DNA of 64,000 bases, taken from assembly GCA_964016885.1 (NCBI GenBank), contig OZ024745.1:94054001-94118000 (forward strand), given 5' to 3'. The translations under genes were made by a program, and so were the position numbers. Under the pieces are notes generated by a model. The model was not told the origin of the DNA, searched no databases, and saw only the letters and a list, made by a program, of their open reading frames with translations. This document shows, piece after piece, positions 1 to 13,614 of this stretch. Every line of letters starts with the position of its first letter. Position 1 is the first letter of the stretch. This DNA is from Eledone cirrhosa (lineage: Eukaryota).

Positions 1-430
1 TAGAGAATTCTGGCCGGTTTTGGCCGGTTTGAACACTAAAGGGTTTAATTATGTTTATTAATGACAAAATAGATGTTTACAGGTTCCCGGGATAATTTAG
101 ATTACCACATGTTAAAGTATCTAAATATGGTTCCTTTTCTATTATATATTCAATGTTGTTTAAAATTACTAACAAGGTATATTTGAGTACAAAACTAAAA
201 ATAATCAACAATTGGAAAACTGAAAACCCCCAAAGTGGATCTGCCTTTCTAAATAGCACATTGTTGAAGTGACCATGACAATAGCATTAACCCTTTATTT
301 AACAAACTGACCAAAACCAGCTCCAATTCTATGAAATAAAAACACCCATTTTAAAGGTTTTCAATTTAAATTAAAATCTTCCAACATAATTTTATATAAG
401 AACCTTGCATATTAAGTTACTATCTTAGTA

Positions 431-3400
431 TGGGCCTTGCAACACAGATAGTTCACTTGGACCCAGGGGGTCGACTGGTGGTGCTGGACCTTGGCAGTGG
501 TGAAGGTAGAGCCTTTAGGCTGATAGCCGCATATGCCCCTTTTCGGACAGAGCGGCCCGACTTTTTCCAGCGTCTGGAGTCTTTTCTAGGGACGTCCCGT
601 TCCCTGCTTTTAGTGGGGGATTGGAATGGTATCCTGGATGCACGTTGGGACTATGCAGGGGCATGTCCCGATAGAGAGGGGTGCAACAGCCTCAAGGGGT
701 TACTCGGCCGATTTGACCTGGCCGATAGATTTCGACTAGATTTTCCGACGGTGCCAACCTGGTCTTGGTCAAATCGCAGCGGATCATCTAGATCGTACCT
801 AGATAGATTTTTAGTTAGAAATAAGGACAGGGACTTTTTAAGTTGTCCAGAAATGCTCATGGTTGGCTATTCAGACCACAAGTTGGTGACCTGCATGGTC
901 AACCTTGATAGAACGCATAGACAGGGCCCCGGTTACTGGAAGCTCAACTTGTCCTTGCCGGCAAGTAGAGCCTACAGGAATCGGATTAGTACGTTAGTTA
1001 AGGAACGGTTGACTGGAGCGATCGTCAACAGCAGGTGGTGGGTATCTCTAAAGAGAGAGATTAGAGTAGTCTCGATTGAATTTAGTAAGGTTCTAGCTGC
1101 GGATAGGAAGGAAAGGGAGCTAATAGATAGAGTAGAAGAGGCAATTAGAAGCGGCGACGTGGCCAGAGTGCTAGCGTCGAGAACGGCTTTGAGCCAGTTT
1201 TTCGACGCGAAGCACGAAGGCTGCGTTGTCCGAAGTAAAATACGTGCTCTAGGGAATGAGGGGGCCAAAGCTGTTAGCTGGGCCCGCGTGACAGAGGCCA
1301 ACAGTGGAACTAAATCCACCATCCGGTCTTTGCGAGACCTGGATGGACGGGCGATTCTTGAGCCTAAGCAGATGTGTGAGGCCTTTCAAAGGCACTTTGC
1401 CCGACTGTTCGGGAGGGGCGGGGAGCCGGTTGGGAACGTGGACTTCGGTCCATACCTCGACGGCCTGCTGCGCCTCTCGGACAGGGAGGCGAAGTCCTGC
1501 GAGGAACCGATTTCGGCCGCTGAGATAGAGGACGTGCTGAGCCAATGCGGCAAACGCAAATCCCCGGGTCTCGATGGTCTTCCTTACGAATTATATCTAG
1601 CTATGCCGGACTTGTTCCCCGATCTCCTCGAGGCGGTCTACTGCAACTGGCAACAGAACGGGAGAATTCCCTGTACTGTGACCAAGAGCGTAGTCACGCT
1701 AGTGAGGAAGGACGAGAACAAGGGGGACGAAATAAGTAACTTCAGGCCCTTATACAGAGTTACAGATTTTGGCCAAGGTGCTAGCAAAGAGGTTGGCGCT
1801 TGTCGTGGGCAACCTGGCGGGAGATGCGCAGACATGCGCTATCCCGTCCAGGTCCATCCATGACAACCTCCACCTCATGCGATACATCATAGAGAGGGTT
1901 GGGAACGAACCCGGCTTTGGTGGGGCTCTGATCAACTTGGATCAATCTAAGGCGTTCGATAGGGTCGACCATGGTTACCTGGATGCGGTGCTAGCGGCGG
2001 CAGGCTTCGGACCCGTTTTCAGGGGCTGGATCACTGCTATGCACAGCAGCCGCATCTGCTCTAGGGTCAAGGTGAACGGCTACCTCTCGGAGCCGTTCAA
2101 AATCGCGCGGTCCATCCGACAAGGGTGCCCTCTCTCCTCCCTTCTGTATGTGTTGACTCTCGAGCCACTACTGCGGAAGTTGGAGTTGTTGCAGGGCATC
2201 CCTTTGGAACCGGGATTGCGGAAAGCGGTGTCAGCCTACGCCGATGATGTGACAGTAATGGTGTCGACGGCCTCCGAAATCGAGGCGGTCGGCACCTTAC
2301 TGGAGGAGTACGAAAAGTTCACAGGGGCTAAGCTGAACCGGGACAAGTCGATCGGTTTGCAACTCGGCACGTGGAGGGGCAGACCGATGCCCTCTGATGG
2401 CGTCGTCGGACGCTGGACGGAGGGCCCGGTGAAGTTGCTCGGGGTCTGGTTCGGACCGGACCTCCAGGTGGAGAAAAACTGGGCGGAGGTTACGAACAGG
2501 GTGTTTGCACTGACCCAGAAGTGGGCCAGTTGCAAACTATCCCTGAAAGGTCGGGCGGAGGTGGCGAACACTTATATAGCGTCCGTCATCTACTACCGCC
2601 TGACCGTAGTGCCCTGCCCAAGGGAAACCCTCACCAAGATGGAGCGCGCGCTCTTCCAATTCCTTTGGAAGAGGCGGGCTCCTATGGTGAGGAGATCCAT
2701 CTGCTGTCAACACCCTTCGAAAGGAGGGCTGGGGATGCCGTGGCTAATGATGCGTAAACACGCATTAAGGCTACGGCACCTCTACGTATTCCTCACCGGA
2801 CAACCGGTGTGGGCCTCGTTTGTGAGACGAACCTTTCCCAGACTCGTCTCACTCACCGAGCTGCAATCCTGGGTCAAGCAAAGACCGAGAAAACTGGGCG
2901 CCTGGCACACTGAGTGTGCCCAGGCGCTCACCGCCCTCTGGCAGGCGGATCCGGTTATCAGTGGAGACTCCACCGCAACATTCTATAGAGGGCTGGTACG
3001 CAGCAGGTGCGACGACGCCCTCGGAGAAGCCCTAGACATGGAGGAGGACGAACTGGCCAGCCTGTTCGGTAGGACATTCAGCCCGGGACCTATGGACAAC
3101 TTCCAGAAGTCCCTGGCCTGGCAGTGTTACCGAGGGGCTTTACCCGTTCGAGAAAGGCTCTACAGACACGGGCGCCCGGGTAGGGACCCCGCCAAAAAGA
3201 TCTGTCCCAGATGCGTGTGCGACGAGGAAACCGTTACACACGCATTGGTACACTGCTCGGGCGTAGCCGATCTGTGGGGCTATGTCGAACAACTGCTGTC
3301 AAGGGTGGGACCGATCCGGTTGACCACCGAGTCTATTGTAATGATCAAGCCGCCTCCCCCCTTCAAAGATGAAGCAGAGGCGGTGTTTCTGTGCGTAATA

Positions 3401-3619
3401 GCCATGGCGAAAGAGGTTGTATGGTGGACGCGTCTGAAAGGACTGAGGTCAGGCACCTTTCTCTCTGGCCAACAACTGGTCCGTTTCTTCCGATATCATT
3501 TCGGAAGAAGGATCAGGATGGAGAGAGAGGTGCTGCACCCCAGTCGTTTTTATGAAAGGTGGGTGAAAGTGGCGAGAATGGCCCGTGTGAATGGGCCTTC
3601 TCTTTACATAAGCCTGTAG
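431..3619 (+). pseudogene. Tx1 ORF2 (APE endonuclease, RT, zf-RVT), truncated and frameshifted
   Basis: GDWN, YLDR and SDHK APE motifs; KSPGLDG, DQSKAFDRV, RQGCPLS and YADD RT motifs; CPRC..ETVTHALVHC finger. A short deletion at ~1750 (NFRP[ITLLN]TEL) shifts the frame between the 477-aa and 616-aa ORFs. Confidence 0.92.
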
Positions 3620-3885
3620 GTGGAAAAGAGGAAGGAACGAGGGAGCACCCCCTCTCTGTGCTCCTGAGGAAAAGGGTTGCACACTTTTTTCGGGGGTGTG
3701 TGCGACCCCCCCCAAGGCGCCTCCTCTCTATTGAGGATTTTGTTAAAAATTTTATTTTTTGTTATATCTTATTTTATTTTTATATTTTGTTATTGCCTCC
3801 TCCTTATTGAGGACGCCTTTTTGTGTAAACTCCCCCCTTTGTACTTGTCCCACTTTTGATGCCCTAGTGGCAAATAAAAGAAACT
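431..3885 (+). mobile_element. 5'-truncated Tx1/L1-clade non-LTR retrotransposon
   Basis: APE-RT-zinc finger ORF2, 3' UTR ending aataaaagaaac, exact 10-bp TSD TATCTTAGTA at 421-430 and 3886-3895. Confidence 0.93.
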
Positions 3886-6156
3886 TATCTTAGTAATGAA
3901 ATAATTAATAATTTTAGTAAATCCCTCAAAATTCTTCATTAATTAATTAAAATAGTGTATTTCATTATAAATGCAGTCATGAAAGGGTTAAGTATCTGTA
4001 TATGCTGTTGATACAACAAGAGAAAATCAGGGAATGAAAATTATAATAGTTTAATTATGTAAATAGAAATTTCAGAATTATTCATCCTTCCTTTATTTTG
4101 ATGTGATTAGATTAATTGTTCCAATAATCCCTAATCTAAAATGTTTGTTTAAATCCTTTGTTGAGTCATAAACAAGTGGAGTAAGTTAATAGCTTTGTAC
4201 ATTACCCTATGTACTGTACATACACTTTTTGATGAGTTGTAGTGCACCTGAGCACTGTACACAATATTTTCATTATTATCATTATAATATGTTGAATTAG
4301 TTAGTCAACTTCATGAGTTTCATGAGGTAACTCTTCTGCCAGGTGTAATCATCATCATCATGTAATATTAACTTAAACTTAGCATGGGCCTGGCTGAAAC
4401 CTATTAAAGTTATCAAAGTAACTAACTCTATTATAAACCACTGACTACCTGAACTAATAATAGCAATTACCTGATTTCATCTTTGTCTTTTTTATTATTA
4501 AACATTATGGATTGGCAGTGTCAGTAGAGTGTCGGTCACCATGCTTTGTGGCAGAGAGTTACGGCCCTTTACGTTCTGAGTTCAATTCCTGCTGAGGTTA
4601 GCTTTGTCTTTCATCCTTACAGGGTCGATAAAATAAAGCACCAGTGAGTACTGGGGTCGATTTAATCGACTTTCCCCTCTCCTTCAAATTACTGGCCTTA
4701 GGGTAGCAAACTTGGTGGAGCTCAAGACAAACTTTGTGGAGCAGTGTTTAATTTCATCCCTTTCTGTTTTGTTTTATGAGTTTGGAAATGTTATTCATAG
4801 TTGTATAAATGTATAAATAACATTACAAATCATGTGTTTCACTCACAATAATGTACGCATATATACACTAGGTACGAACACAAAAGAACCAAACTCCCAC
4901 TGTCACTGTCTCCATTTCTCCCTTCTCTCCCCATCTCTTACTATCGTGAGCAAATGGGACACACACACACACACACTGCCACCCCGTGGCCCTGGCGGAC
5001 AGAATAGAGAAGGCGTTTCCTCAGAGGATGGTAAGGGAGACATGCCGGAAGAGCCATTCCAGCTCATGAGGCACACACCTGTGGGTAGCCATATAAAAAA
5101 GATAAAAACACAATTAAGTAATGAGAAAAAGGGGAAAGGGTAAAGAAGGGCAGAAATGCTGTATTTAAAAGTAGAGGAAAGGACTATAAATGCCATAAAT
5201 GAGAGAAAAAGGATGGAAAAAACACACTCTTGGGTCACAGAAGAAAGGGAGAAGGTGATGGGCTCTGGACCTTAGGCGGGTAGTGTTATTTCCGTTTGGG
5301 TCAACTTGCCCTTTCATTGTTTTGTGGGTTGAATAAATACCACAAATTCTCTCTATTTCTGCCAATGTAAAGAAGTCATTGTCTCTGAAATAGTGACAGA
5401 ATTGGTAGTACATCAAAGAAAATGTCTTGCAGTTTACAGTTACTTACATTGCTTTATGTTTGAGCTTAAATTCCACTTGGGTCAACATTTTCCATTCATC
5501 CTTCCAAAGTTGATGAAATTAGATTAATTTAATCAAACTATCTTTGTCCTTCCATTTCATGATTAATGTTTTAATGGTGGACAAGAGGGGAAATGTAAGT
5601 GGTAGAGATGAGATTTAGTTGCATTCTTTTAGATTCTGAGTTCAAATCTTATTGAATTGATTGCCTTTCATTCTTCTGAGGCAAAATCACTCTGATCAAT
5701 TTGTCAAATCGGTCCAAGGAAACAATATTTTCTATTGATCTTCCATTGCTGATACTATCTAATGATCGCAACTTCTGGCAGAAAGAACAACATGAAATAA
5801 AGGTATCACCCAGTCTGAGAATTGAACTCGCAACCTCATGATCCCGAATCCAACTCTAACCACTAAGATGATTTAAATGTGTGTGCTCTCATTGCAAAAT
5901 GAGTGGCCTTCTACAATTATTAATGTTGTTAGCATCATTTACAGTACCTAGTTTGATAATTATTGATGTGAGTTCAAATTCTAACAGCATTATTTCTTGT
6001 GTTAAATATTGGCAGAGGGACAATGATATACATGAAATGTTAAGATAATGAAACTAATCACTTCTGACATAATTGATGACTTGTTTAGCCCTTGGTCAAC
6101 TCTTATTGAACCTATTATAAAAGGTGTTCCAGTTATAACTATCTTGTCTTCCAAGG

Positions 6157-6822
6157 CATAGTACACCCCATTCTATATTACCATAGTACACCCCAGTCTA
6201 TCTTAAACATAGTACACACCATTCTATATATCCATAGTACACCCCATTCTATATTACCATAGTACACCCCAGTCTATATTAAACATAGTACACACCATTC
6301 TATATTACCATAGTACACACCATTCTATATATCCATAGTACACACCATTCTATATTATCCATAGTTTGCACCATTCTATATTATCCATAGTTCGCACCAT
6401 TCTATATTATCCATAGTACACACCATTCTATATTACCAAAGTACACATCATCACCGTTTTACGTCCGTTCTTCCATGCTAGCATGGGTTAGACGGACACA
6501 CCATTCTATATTACCATAGTACACACCATTCTATATTATCCATAGTACACACCATTCTATATTATCCATAGTATACACCAGTCTATATTACCATAGTATA
6601 CACCAGTCTATATTACCATAGTACACACCGCTCTATATTACCATAGTATACAGTAGTCTGTACTATCCATAGTATATACCACTCTATATTAGCCATAGTA
6701 TAGACCAGCCTATATTATCCATAGTATAGACCAGCCTATATTATCCATATTATAGACCAGTCTACATTACCATGCTATACAACATTCTATTTTACCATTG
6801 TGTACACCACTCTATGTTACCC
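6157..6822. repeat. ~25-26-bp minisatellite
   Basis: Unit ccatagtacacaccattctatatta(t), diverging towards the right. Confidence 0.9.
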
Positions 6823-7104
6823 AATGTGTTTTTTTAGGATGGTAGGATATAATTTGAGAGTTGGTTACTATCTCTAGCTGGTCAAACAACCATGTAGAGG
6901 TTCCATCATTGTGTAGTGGTATTATCTTACAATGAACTCATGAACATAAAGAATGCAACAAGAAACCACTGTATTAGTCATTGAACTAGCACATTACAAA
7001 AAACAAACATTTAGCTGTACACTAGACTACAAGAAACTGTTTATGTAATCATTTGTCCAACATTTACTTAGTGGTGTCTTATAAATTTATTTTTGTTGTT
7101 TCAG

Positions 7105-7258
7105 GTTTATAGATTTTGAGAACTGCATTGTAAAGGGATTGAAGAAGAAATCTTATGAGGTCCTTTGTGTCATAACTGGTGTTATCCACCCTGTAGCAGA
7201 TCTGAAGATAATCAAGCAGAGCACACTAACGGAGGATGGTAAAATCAAAACCGCTGTG
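7105..7258 (+). CDS. GSDME: Gasdermin E-like gene, internal exon A (pore-forming domain)
   Basis: ttttgttgtttcAG acceptor, GTaagt donor; 154 nt (1 + 51 codons) reading FIDFENCIVKGLKKKSYEVLCVITGVIHPVADLKIIKQSTLTEDGKIKTAV. EVLCVIT resembles the EVLCVLT strand of vertebrate GSDME as I recall it. The symbol means GSDME-like; orthology is untested. Confidence 0.8.
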
Positions 7259-8267
7259 GTAAGTTTAGTTTTTAACAAACTGACAAATTTAGATGTATAT
7301 ATCGGGCAGCGAATTGGCAGTCATCAAGATATTGGATAGAAAGCTTTACGGTATTCGTCCCACCTCATTGTGCGCTCTTAGTTCAAATCTTGCCGTGCTC
7401 AATTTTGCCTTCCATCCTTCCGAGGTTAAAAAAAAAGTACCAGTCCAGTACTGGGGTCATTTCTTCCTCTATAGAAAAAATTGACTGTGTTTAAACTTGG
7501 AGAAGGTTGGGCTCCATCAGGTTTAAAAGTGCCCTAGACACACCATATGATGGTGCCTCTATGACTCCACAAGGAATTATGGGATCTTTATCCTTTTTTT
7601 TATAGACCCATATACAATGTTTATGTATAATAAACATACATATGAAAGCAAGTCAACAATTAGAATGGATGAATGGAGGACAGTCAAATACAGTAAATAA
7701 ATTTGTCAGTTATATATATAGATGTTTGATTCTTGCAAGAGTAGACAAAAGGGAAGTGTATGTATTGATATATATATATATACATGCTTGATGCTAGCAA
7801 GAAGAGGACCCTTGAAATCACTGTTAAGTCTTTTGAAGGAGATCTGAGTTACCTTAATTAATTAGTTGTTTGGTTTATGTAAATATTTGAATTTAATTTG
7901 TGAATGGATTGAACAGTTGCTATAAATCTGCTCAATGGTGATAACAAGGGCATCCAGCTGTAGAAAGCTTGCCAAACAAAGAGTTGGGAAGACTCTTCAG
8001 TTGTGTCAAGATCATGACATCACTTGTTCTAGTGCACTCAGTAGAGCATGAGACTGTGTGTAAGTGAGATATAGACCCACCCCCTGCCTGACTGGGAGGT
8101 CAGTAGCCCCTCTTTAGTACTGACTTGGTCTATGTATACCTGTCAAACCCCTGCCAGCAGGGAAAGGAGACATTAAACAATGATGATGTACCATCAGGGA
8201 ATTTTATCATCTTTTATTTTAGAACATTTTGTAGATTAAACTAATAAATAAATTTTTTATTCATTAG

Positions 8268-8510
8268 TCTTCTTCTTCTTAACCCACCTATTCCCGAGAG
8301 GGTCATGGGGGCAGAGACCTCAAACACTCCTTCCAGTGGGTCCTGTCAGAAGCAGGTGTCTCAAACTGATCTGGCTGGATCCACAAGCGAGACCAGCCCA
8401 GCTCATGGATGTTATCCAACCATCTTGCTCAGGGTCTACCTCTGGGTCTCCTGCTGATTGGTTTTTGCCCATAAAATCTGTCCAGTGATTCTTTCCTGAG
8501 ACATTCTAAC
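8268..8510 (-). mobile_element. 3' end of a second RTE family with (AAG)n tail
   Basis: Minus strand reads RRPRGRP*ARWLDNIHELGWSRL...LRSLPP, then a short UTR ending in aagaagaag. Confidence 0.65.
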
Positions 8511-8892
8511 CACATGAAAAAATGTTTTCTTGAGAGATAGAAACTTGATCTTGAATGCCTCCAATATTGATTGAGTTTCCGTCTCCACCATTTCTCAATT
8601 TGATAAGTTACAAGAGAAGATAGTAACTGACCTGTCACCCTCTCTAAGGGTTGCGCTGATAGCATATTTAGATACATCTTCTATTTCTAATGCTTTATTG
8701 TTATCGATATCAGCACAAACATACACAGCAATGTCATGATTTATTGATTTAAGAGGGAATAATTCTTTTTGAAAAATTTGTGTCCTGTGATAGTAGTAAG
8801 TGAAAAGACCTATCATATGTTTTAGAGATTTACTATTTGATGGAGGATTAACTAGCTCACATGAGATTCTACACAAGTTGGATCATGTAGAA

Positions 8893-9440
8893 ACATCATC
8901 ATCATCGTTTTACGTCCATTCTTCCACGCTAGCATGGGTTAGATGGGTTGTCCTGTTGTGGGCAATTCCAGGTCAGGTGACCATGTTTTGCTCATACAGA
9001 ACTGATTTTGACTTGATTTCTACAGCTGGTTGTCCTTCCTAACACCAACCTGATTTACAGTGAGTACTGGGTGCTTTTTTGCTGTGGCGTCCACACGACC
9101 ATTTGATAGTGTGAACTGGGTGTTTTTTTTGTCGTGACACCTCCACAACCGCTTTACAGTGGGAGAGGGGGGGGGGGGCGATACTGTCTATATGCTCCAG
9201 CTTTGGCTTGTACCTGTTGGAAGTCGGGTCTTCTGTATTACTGCGTAAGGCCAGAGGTCGCGGTCCTGTGTCATTGCCTTTGAGAGGTGCAATTGGGCAA
9301 GATTGGCTTTTATCACCTCATCCCAGATCTTCTTGGGTCTCCCCACTCCAAGGCTTCCATCAACTTTGAGCGCTCAGCACCTTTTTATGCAGCTGTCAGC
9401 CTTCATACGCATCACATGTCCATACGAATGTCCAAACAAT
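8893..9440 (-). mobile_element. RTE 3'-end fragment
   Basis: catcatcatc tail and close similarity to 18295-18805. Confidence 0.85.
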
Positions 9441-10063
9441 TGGTAAAAAATTGTCCAACCAGAGTCTAGATAAATTTGAAACTGAATAAACTGTTTTTTC
9501 TTGATTAAATGTAAACCCTATTTCATGAGCTACTTCTATTAGTCTACCATAACAGCATTTGTGTTCATCTTGAGCATTTTTAGCAATGGCAATGTAACCC
9601 AAATAAACAAAAGTACTGCCCATTAAGTATTCATTGATGATTTTGTAAATCACCCACTGCAGTTTGCCAGTGCCTGTATTATAGGATAGGTTAAATTACT
9701 AATCCAATCCAAGGCCTTCTCACTCCTCTTGGTTGAACCCCCTCCTTGGTTGACCTCTACCACATTCTGTTTGGTTTTGGTCATGTCAGGGATGTAGCCA
9801 TACTCACCACGCTTGACCAATTGGGGGCTGGTGAGGCTATTTAACTGATAGTTGGGGTGGATGGCCATTGAGTCTGAGGAGTTCAGCTGCCCCTTTTTTA
9901 CAGCTCTTTTGTTTTTTGCACTCCCAGGGTTCAACTTACCCTCCTCACCAAATGATATAAATTCTTTAATCATTACAAATGTTCTTATTTCATTTTTCTA
10001 AATAATTTTGTTTTTTCCAAAAGGGTGACAAATGACTTTATTAAATTTTTAATTTCTTTATAG

Positions 10064-10268
10064 AAGAAGGAGATAGCAGATGTTGATGTCGAAGAAAAAG
10101 AAACCAAAAAGAACTCTGAAACTCTAGATATTGTTGGTAAAACTAATTTGGCCTACAATATAGTGGAGTTGAAAATTCACCCTGATGGGACTATTGGTGT
10201 TTGTATGACTGAGAACGACAAAGGTGGCTTTGATGTCCTTGACTCGTGCATTAGAGGGTCTGAGAAAA
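10064..10268 (+). CDS. GSDME: Gasdermin E-like gene, exon B (end of pore-forming domain and linker)
   Basis: ttctttatAG / GTaatt; phase 0 to 1. KKEIADVDVEEKETKKNSETLDIVGKTNLAYNIVELKIHPDGTIGVCMTENDKGGFDVLDSCIRGSEK matches the GSDME/PJVK pattern IAYxVxELxVxxDGxxxxCxxxxxxGGF. Confidence 0.85.
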
Positions 10269-10534
10269 GTAATTATTAATTTATTTTGATATCATTTTTA
10301 TTTGTTGTGCATTTAAAAAATAATCTTTTTTATAATATGACAGTATAATTATTAAGTAACAGGTGGCTTTGTTGATTATTTCATCTACAGGATTATCAAG
10401 GAAAACTGCTTATGAGTCTGTTTTTATTACTTTTTAAAATGTATATTAAAAGATTTAAGATCAATGTTTGTTAATAACAAAATCAATTGCTTCCCAAGGC
10501 TGATTCTATGATTTGAAATAATAATGATAATAAT

Positions 10535-10800
10535 CGTCATCAGCATTGATTAACGTCCATTTTCCATGCTAGCATGGTTAGGACAGGATGTCCCTTTGTG
10601 TGAGATCTGGTTGGACTGTTTTGCTAATGCAGGGCTGATTTTAGCTTGGTTTCTATGGCTAGATGCTCTTCCTAATGCCAACCACATTTACAGTGTGTGC
10701 TGGGTACTTTTGTTGTGACACCTACATGACCACTTTACAGTGTGGACTGGGCACTGGTTGTTGTGTCGCCAACACGACCACTCTACAGTGTGGGCTGGAG
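10535..10800 (-). mobile_element. RTE 3' UTR fragment
   Basis: cgtccattttccatgctagcatgg tail motif followed by ccactttacagtgtgg repeats, as in 18300-18540. Confidence 0.75.
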
Positions 10801-11436
10801 GCTTCGCTGGATGTATACTTAGAGAAATTGTAACCCTGAAAGATAGTGAGGGAGATGAGTCGAAAATGCCATTCCAACTTGCAGGGCTCACTTCTGTGGG
10901 TGGCCAACTTTGCCCCGATAACAGTGAGTAGTAGGGAGGTGATTTGGTGACAAAGAATGTCTAAAGTCTCCACTACTATAAGTTCAACAACAAACCTATT
11001 GGAAAGAAGTCTATACTTCAACAGCTTGTGATCTTCAGCTTGTCAGGCAATGAAACATGGGTTTATCATTGAATGTCTCAGGTTACCTCTAGAGAGTGTT
11101 GCTATGTTTCTCATCCCAGATGAGGACCTTACCACTACTGAATGATAAGACTGTGATGCCATCTGACCTTTTGCTGTAAAACACTTGTTAATTATAAAAT
11201 AGTGGTTGTTGATTGGCAATAATTGGTAGTGTCAGACAACTTTGCAACATAGAGTTATGACCATTTACATTCTTAGTTTTGCCTTTCTTCCTTACGAGGT
11301 CTATAAAATAAAGTACCAGTAATGCACTGGAGTTGACTTTCCCCTTTCTGCCTTGTGCCTAAATCAGAAACCATCATAACATAATCAGTTTTATTATAGC
11401 TAGATGGACAGCGACAGTGAGATTTAAGTGTCTTGT

Positions 11437-13373
11437 CTGTTGAGCGATGGCTTATCAACTATTGACCATGTACTGTTGAGCGATGGCTTATCAACTATTG
11501 ACCATGTACTGTTGAGTGATGGCTTATCAACTATTGACCATGTACTGTTGAGCGATGGCTTATCAACTATTGACCATGTACTGTTGAGCGATGGCTTATC
11601 AACTATTGACCATGTACTGTTGAGCGATGGCTTATCAACTATTGACCATGTACTGTTGAGCGATGGCTTATCAACTATTGACCATGTACTGTTGAGCGAT
11701 GGCTTATCAACTATTGACCATGTACTGTTGAGTGATGGCTTATCAACTATTGACCATGTACTGTTGAGCGATGGCTTATCAACTATTGGCCATGTACTGT
11801 TGAGTGATGGCTTATCAACTATTGACCATGTACTGTTGAGCGATGGCTTATCAACTATTGGCCATGTACTGTTGAGCGATGGCTTATCAACTATTGGCCA
11901 TGTACTGTTGAGCGATGGCTTATCAACTATTGACCATGTACTGTTGAGCGATGGCTTATCAACTATTGACCATGTACTGTTGAGCGATGGCTTATCAACT
12001 ATTGACCATGTACTGTTGAGCGATGGCTTATCAACTATTGACCATGTCCTGTTGAGCGATGGCTTATCAACTATTGACCATGTACTGTTGAGCGATGGCT
12101 TATCAACTATTGACCATGTACTGTTGAGCGATGGCTTATCAACTATTGACCATGTACTGTTGAGCGATGGCTTATCAACTATTGACCATGTACTGTTGAG
12201 CGATGGCTTATCAACTATTGACCATGTACTGTTGAGCGATGGCTTATCAACTATTGACCATGTACTGTTGAGCGATGGCTTATCAACTATTGACCATGTA
12301 CTGTTGAGCGATGGCTTATCAACTATTGACCATGTACTGTTGAGCGATGGCTTATCAACTATTGATCATGTACTGTTGAGCGATGGCTTATCAACTATTG
12401 ACCATGTACTGTTGAGCGATGGCTTATCAACTATTGACCATGTACTGTTGAGCGATGGCTTATCAACTATTGACCATGTACTGTTGGGCGATGGCTTATC
12501 AACTATTGACCATGTACTGTTGAGTGATGGCTTATCAACTATTGACCATGTACTGTTGAGCGATGGCTTATCAACTATTGGCCATGTACTGTTGAGCGAT
12601 GGCTTATCAACTATTGACCATGTACTGTTGAGCGATGGCTTATCAACTATTGACCATGTACTGTTGAGCGATGGCTTATCAACTATTGGCCATGTACTGT
12701 TGAGCGATGGCTTATCAACTATTGACCATGTACTGTTGAGCGATGGCTTATCAACTATTGACCATGTACTGTTGAGCGATGGCTTATCAGCTATTGACCA
12801 TGTACTGTTGAGCGATGGCTATCAACTATTGACCATGTACTGTTGAGCGATGGCTTATCAACTATTGGCCATGTACTGTTGAGCGATGGCTTATCAACTA
12901 TTGGCCATGTACTGTTGAGCGATGGCTTATCAACTATTGGCCATGTACTGTTGAGCGATGGCTTATCAACTATTGGCCATGTACTGTTGAGCGATGGCTT
13001 ATCAACTATTGGCCATGTACTGTTGAGCGATGGCTTATCAACTATTGACCATGTACTGTTGAGCGATGGCTTATCAACTATTGACCATGTACTGTTGAGT
13101 GATGGCTTATCAACTATTGACCATGTACTATTGAGCGATGGCTTATCAACTATTGACCATGTACTGTTGAGCGATGGCTTATCAACTATTGACCATGTAC
13201 TGTTGAGCGATGGCTTATCAACTATTGACCATGTACTGTTGAGCGATGGCTTATCAACTATTGACCATGTACTGTTGAGCGATGGCTTATCAACTATTGA
13301 CCATGTACTGTTGAGCGATGGCTTATCAACTATTGACCATGTACTATTGAGCGATGGCTTATCAACTATTGAC
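11437..13373. repeat. 36-bp tandem array, ~54 copies
   Basis: Unit ctgttgagcgatggcttatcaactattgaccatgta, nearly invariant, no spacers. Confidence 0.97.
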
Positions 13374-13614
13374 TCTATTGAGTTGGTCATCTGTTATTCT
13401 TCTTAACTATAATCTGAGACTAATCTCAACAGGTACAAAATAGTGTGTGTGTGATAAAGTATTGGATTACCATTTCATCATGTATTATGAGTTCATATTA
13501 TGTCACCATGAAATAGTTTTTGTTGATGTTTACATCCTTCACCGATATATGAAGAAAGTTATAAACATTATATCATCAGCATCGTTTAACATCCATTTTC
13601 CACACTAGCATGGG

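Noticed and set aside
9650-9973. 107-aa minus-strand ORF
   Set aside because: No domain; it looks like decayed repeat sequence within a gasdermin intron.
11428-13406. CRISPR array or 472-aa repeat protein
   Set aside because: The 36-bp units are head-to-tail with no spacers, there are no cas genes and the context is eukaryotic. The ORF is a by-product of a unit length divisible by three.
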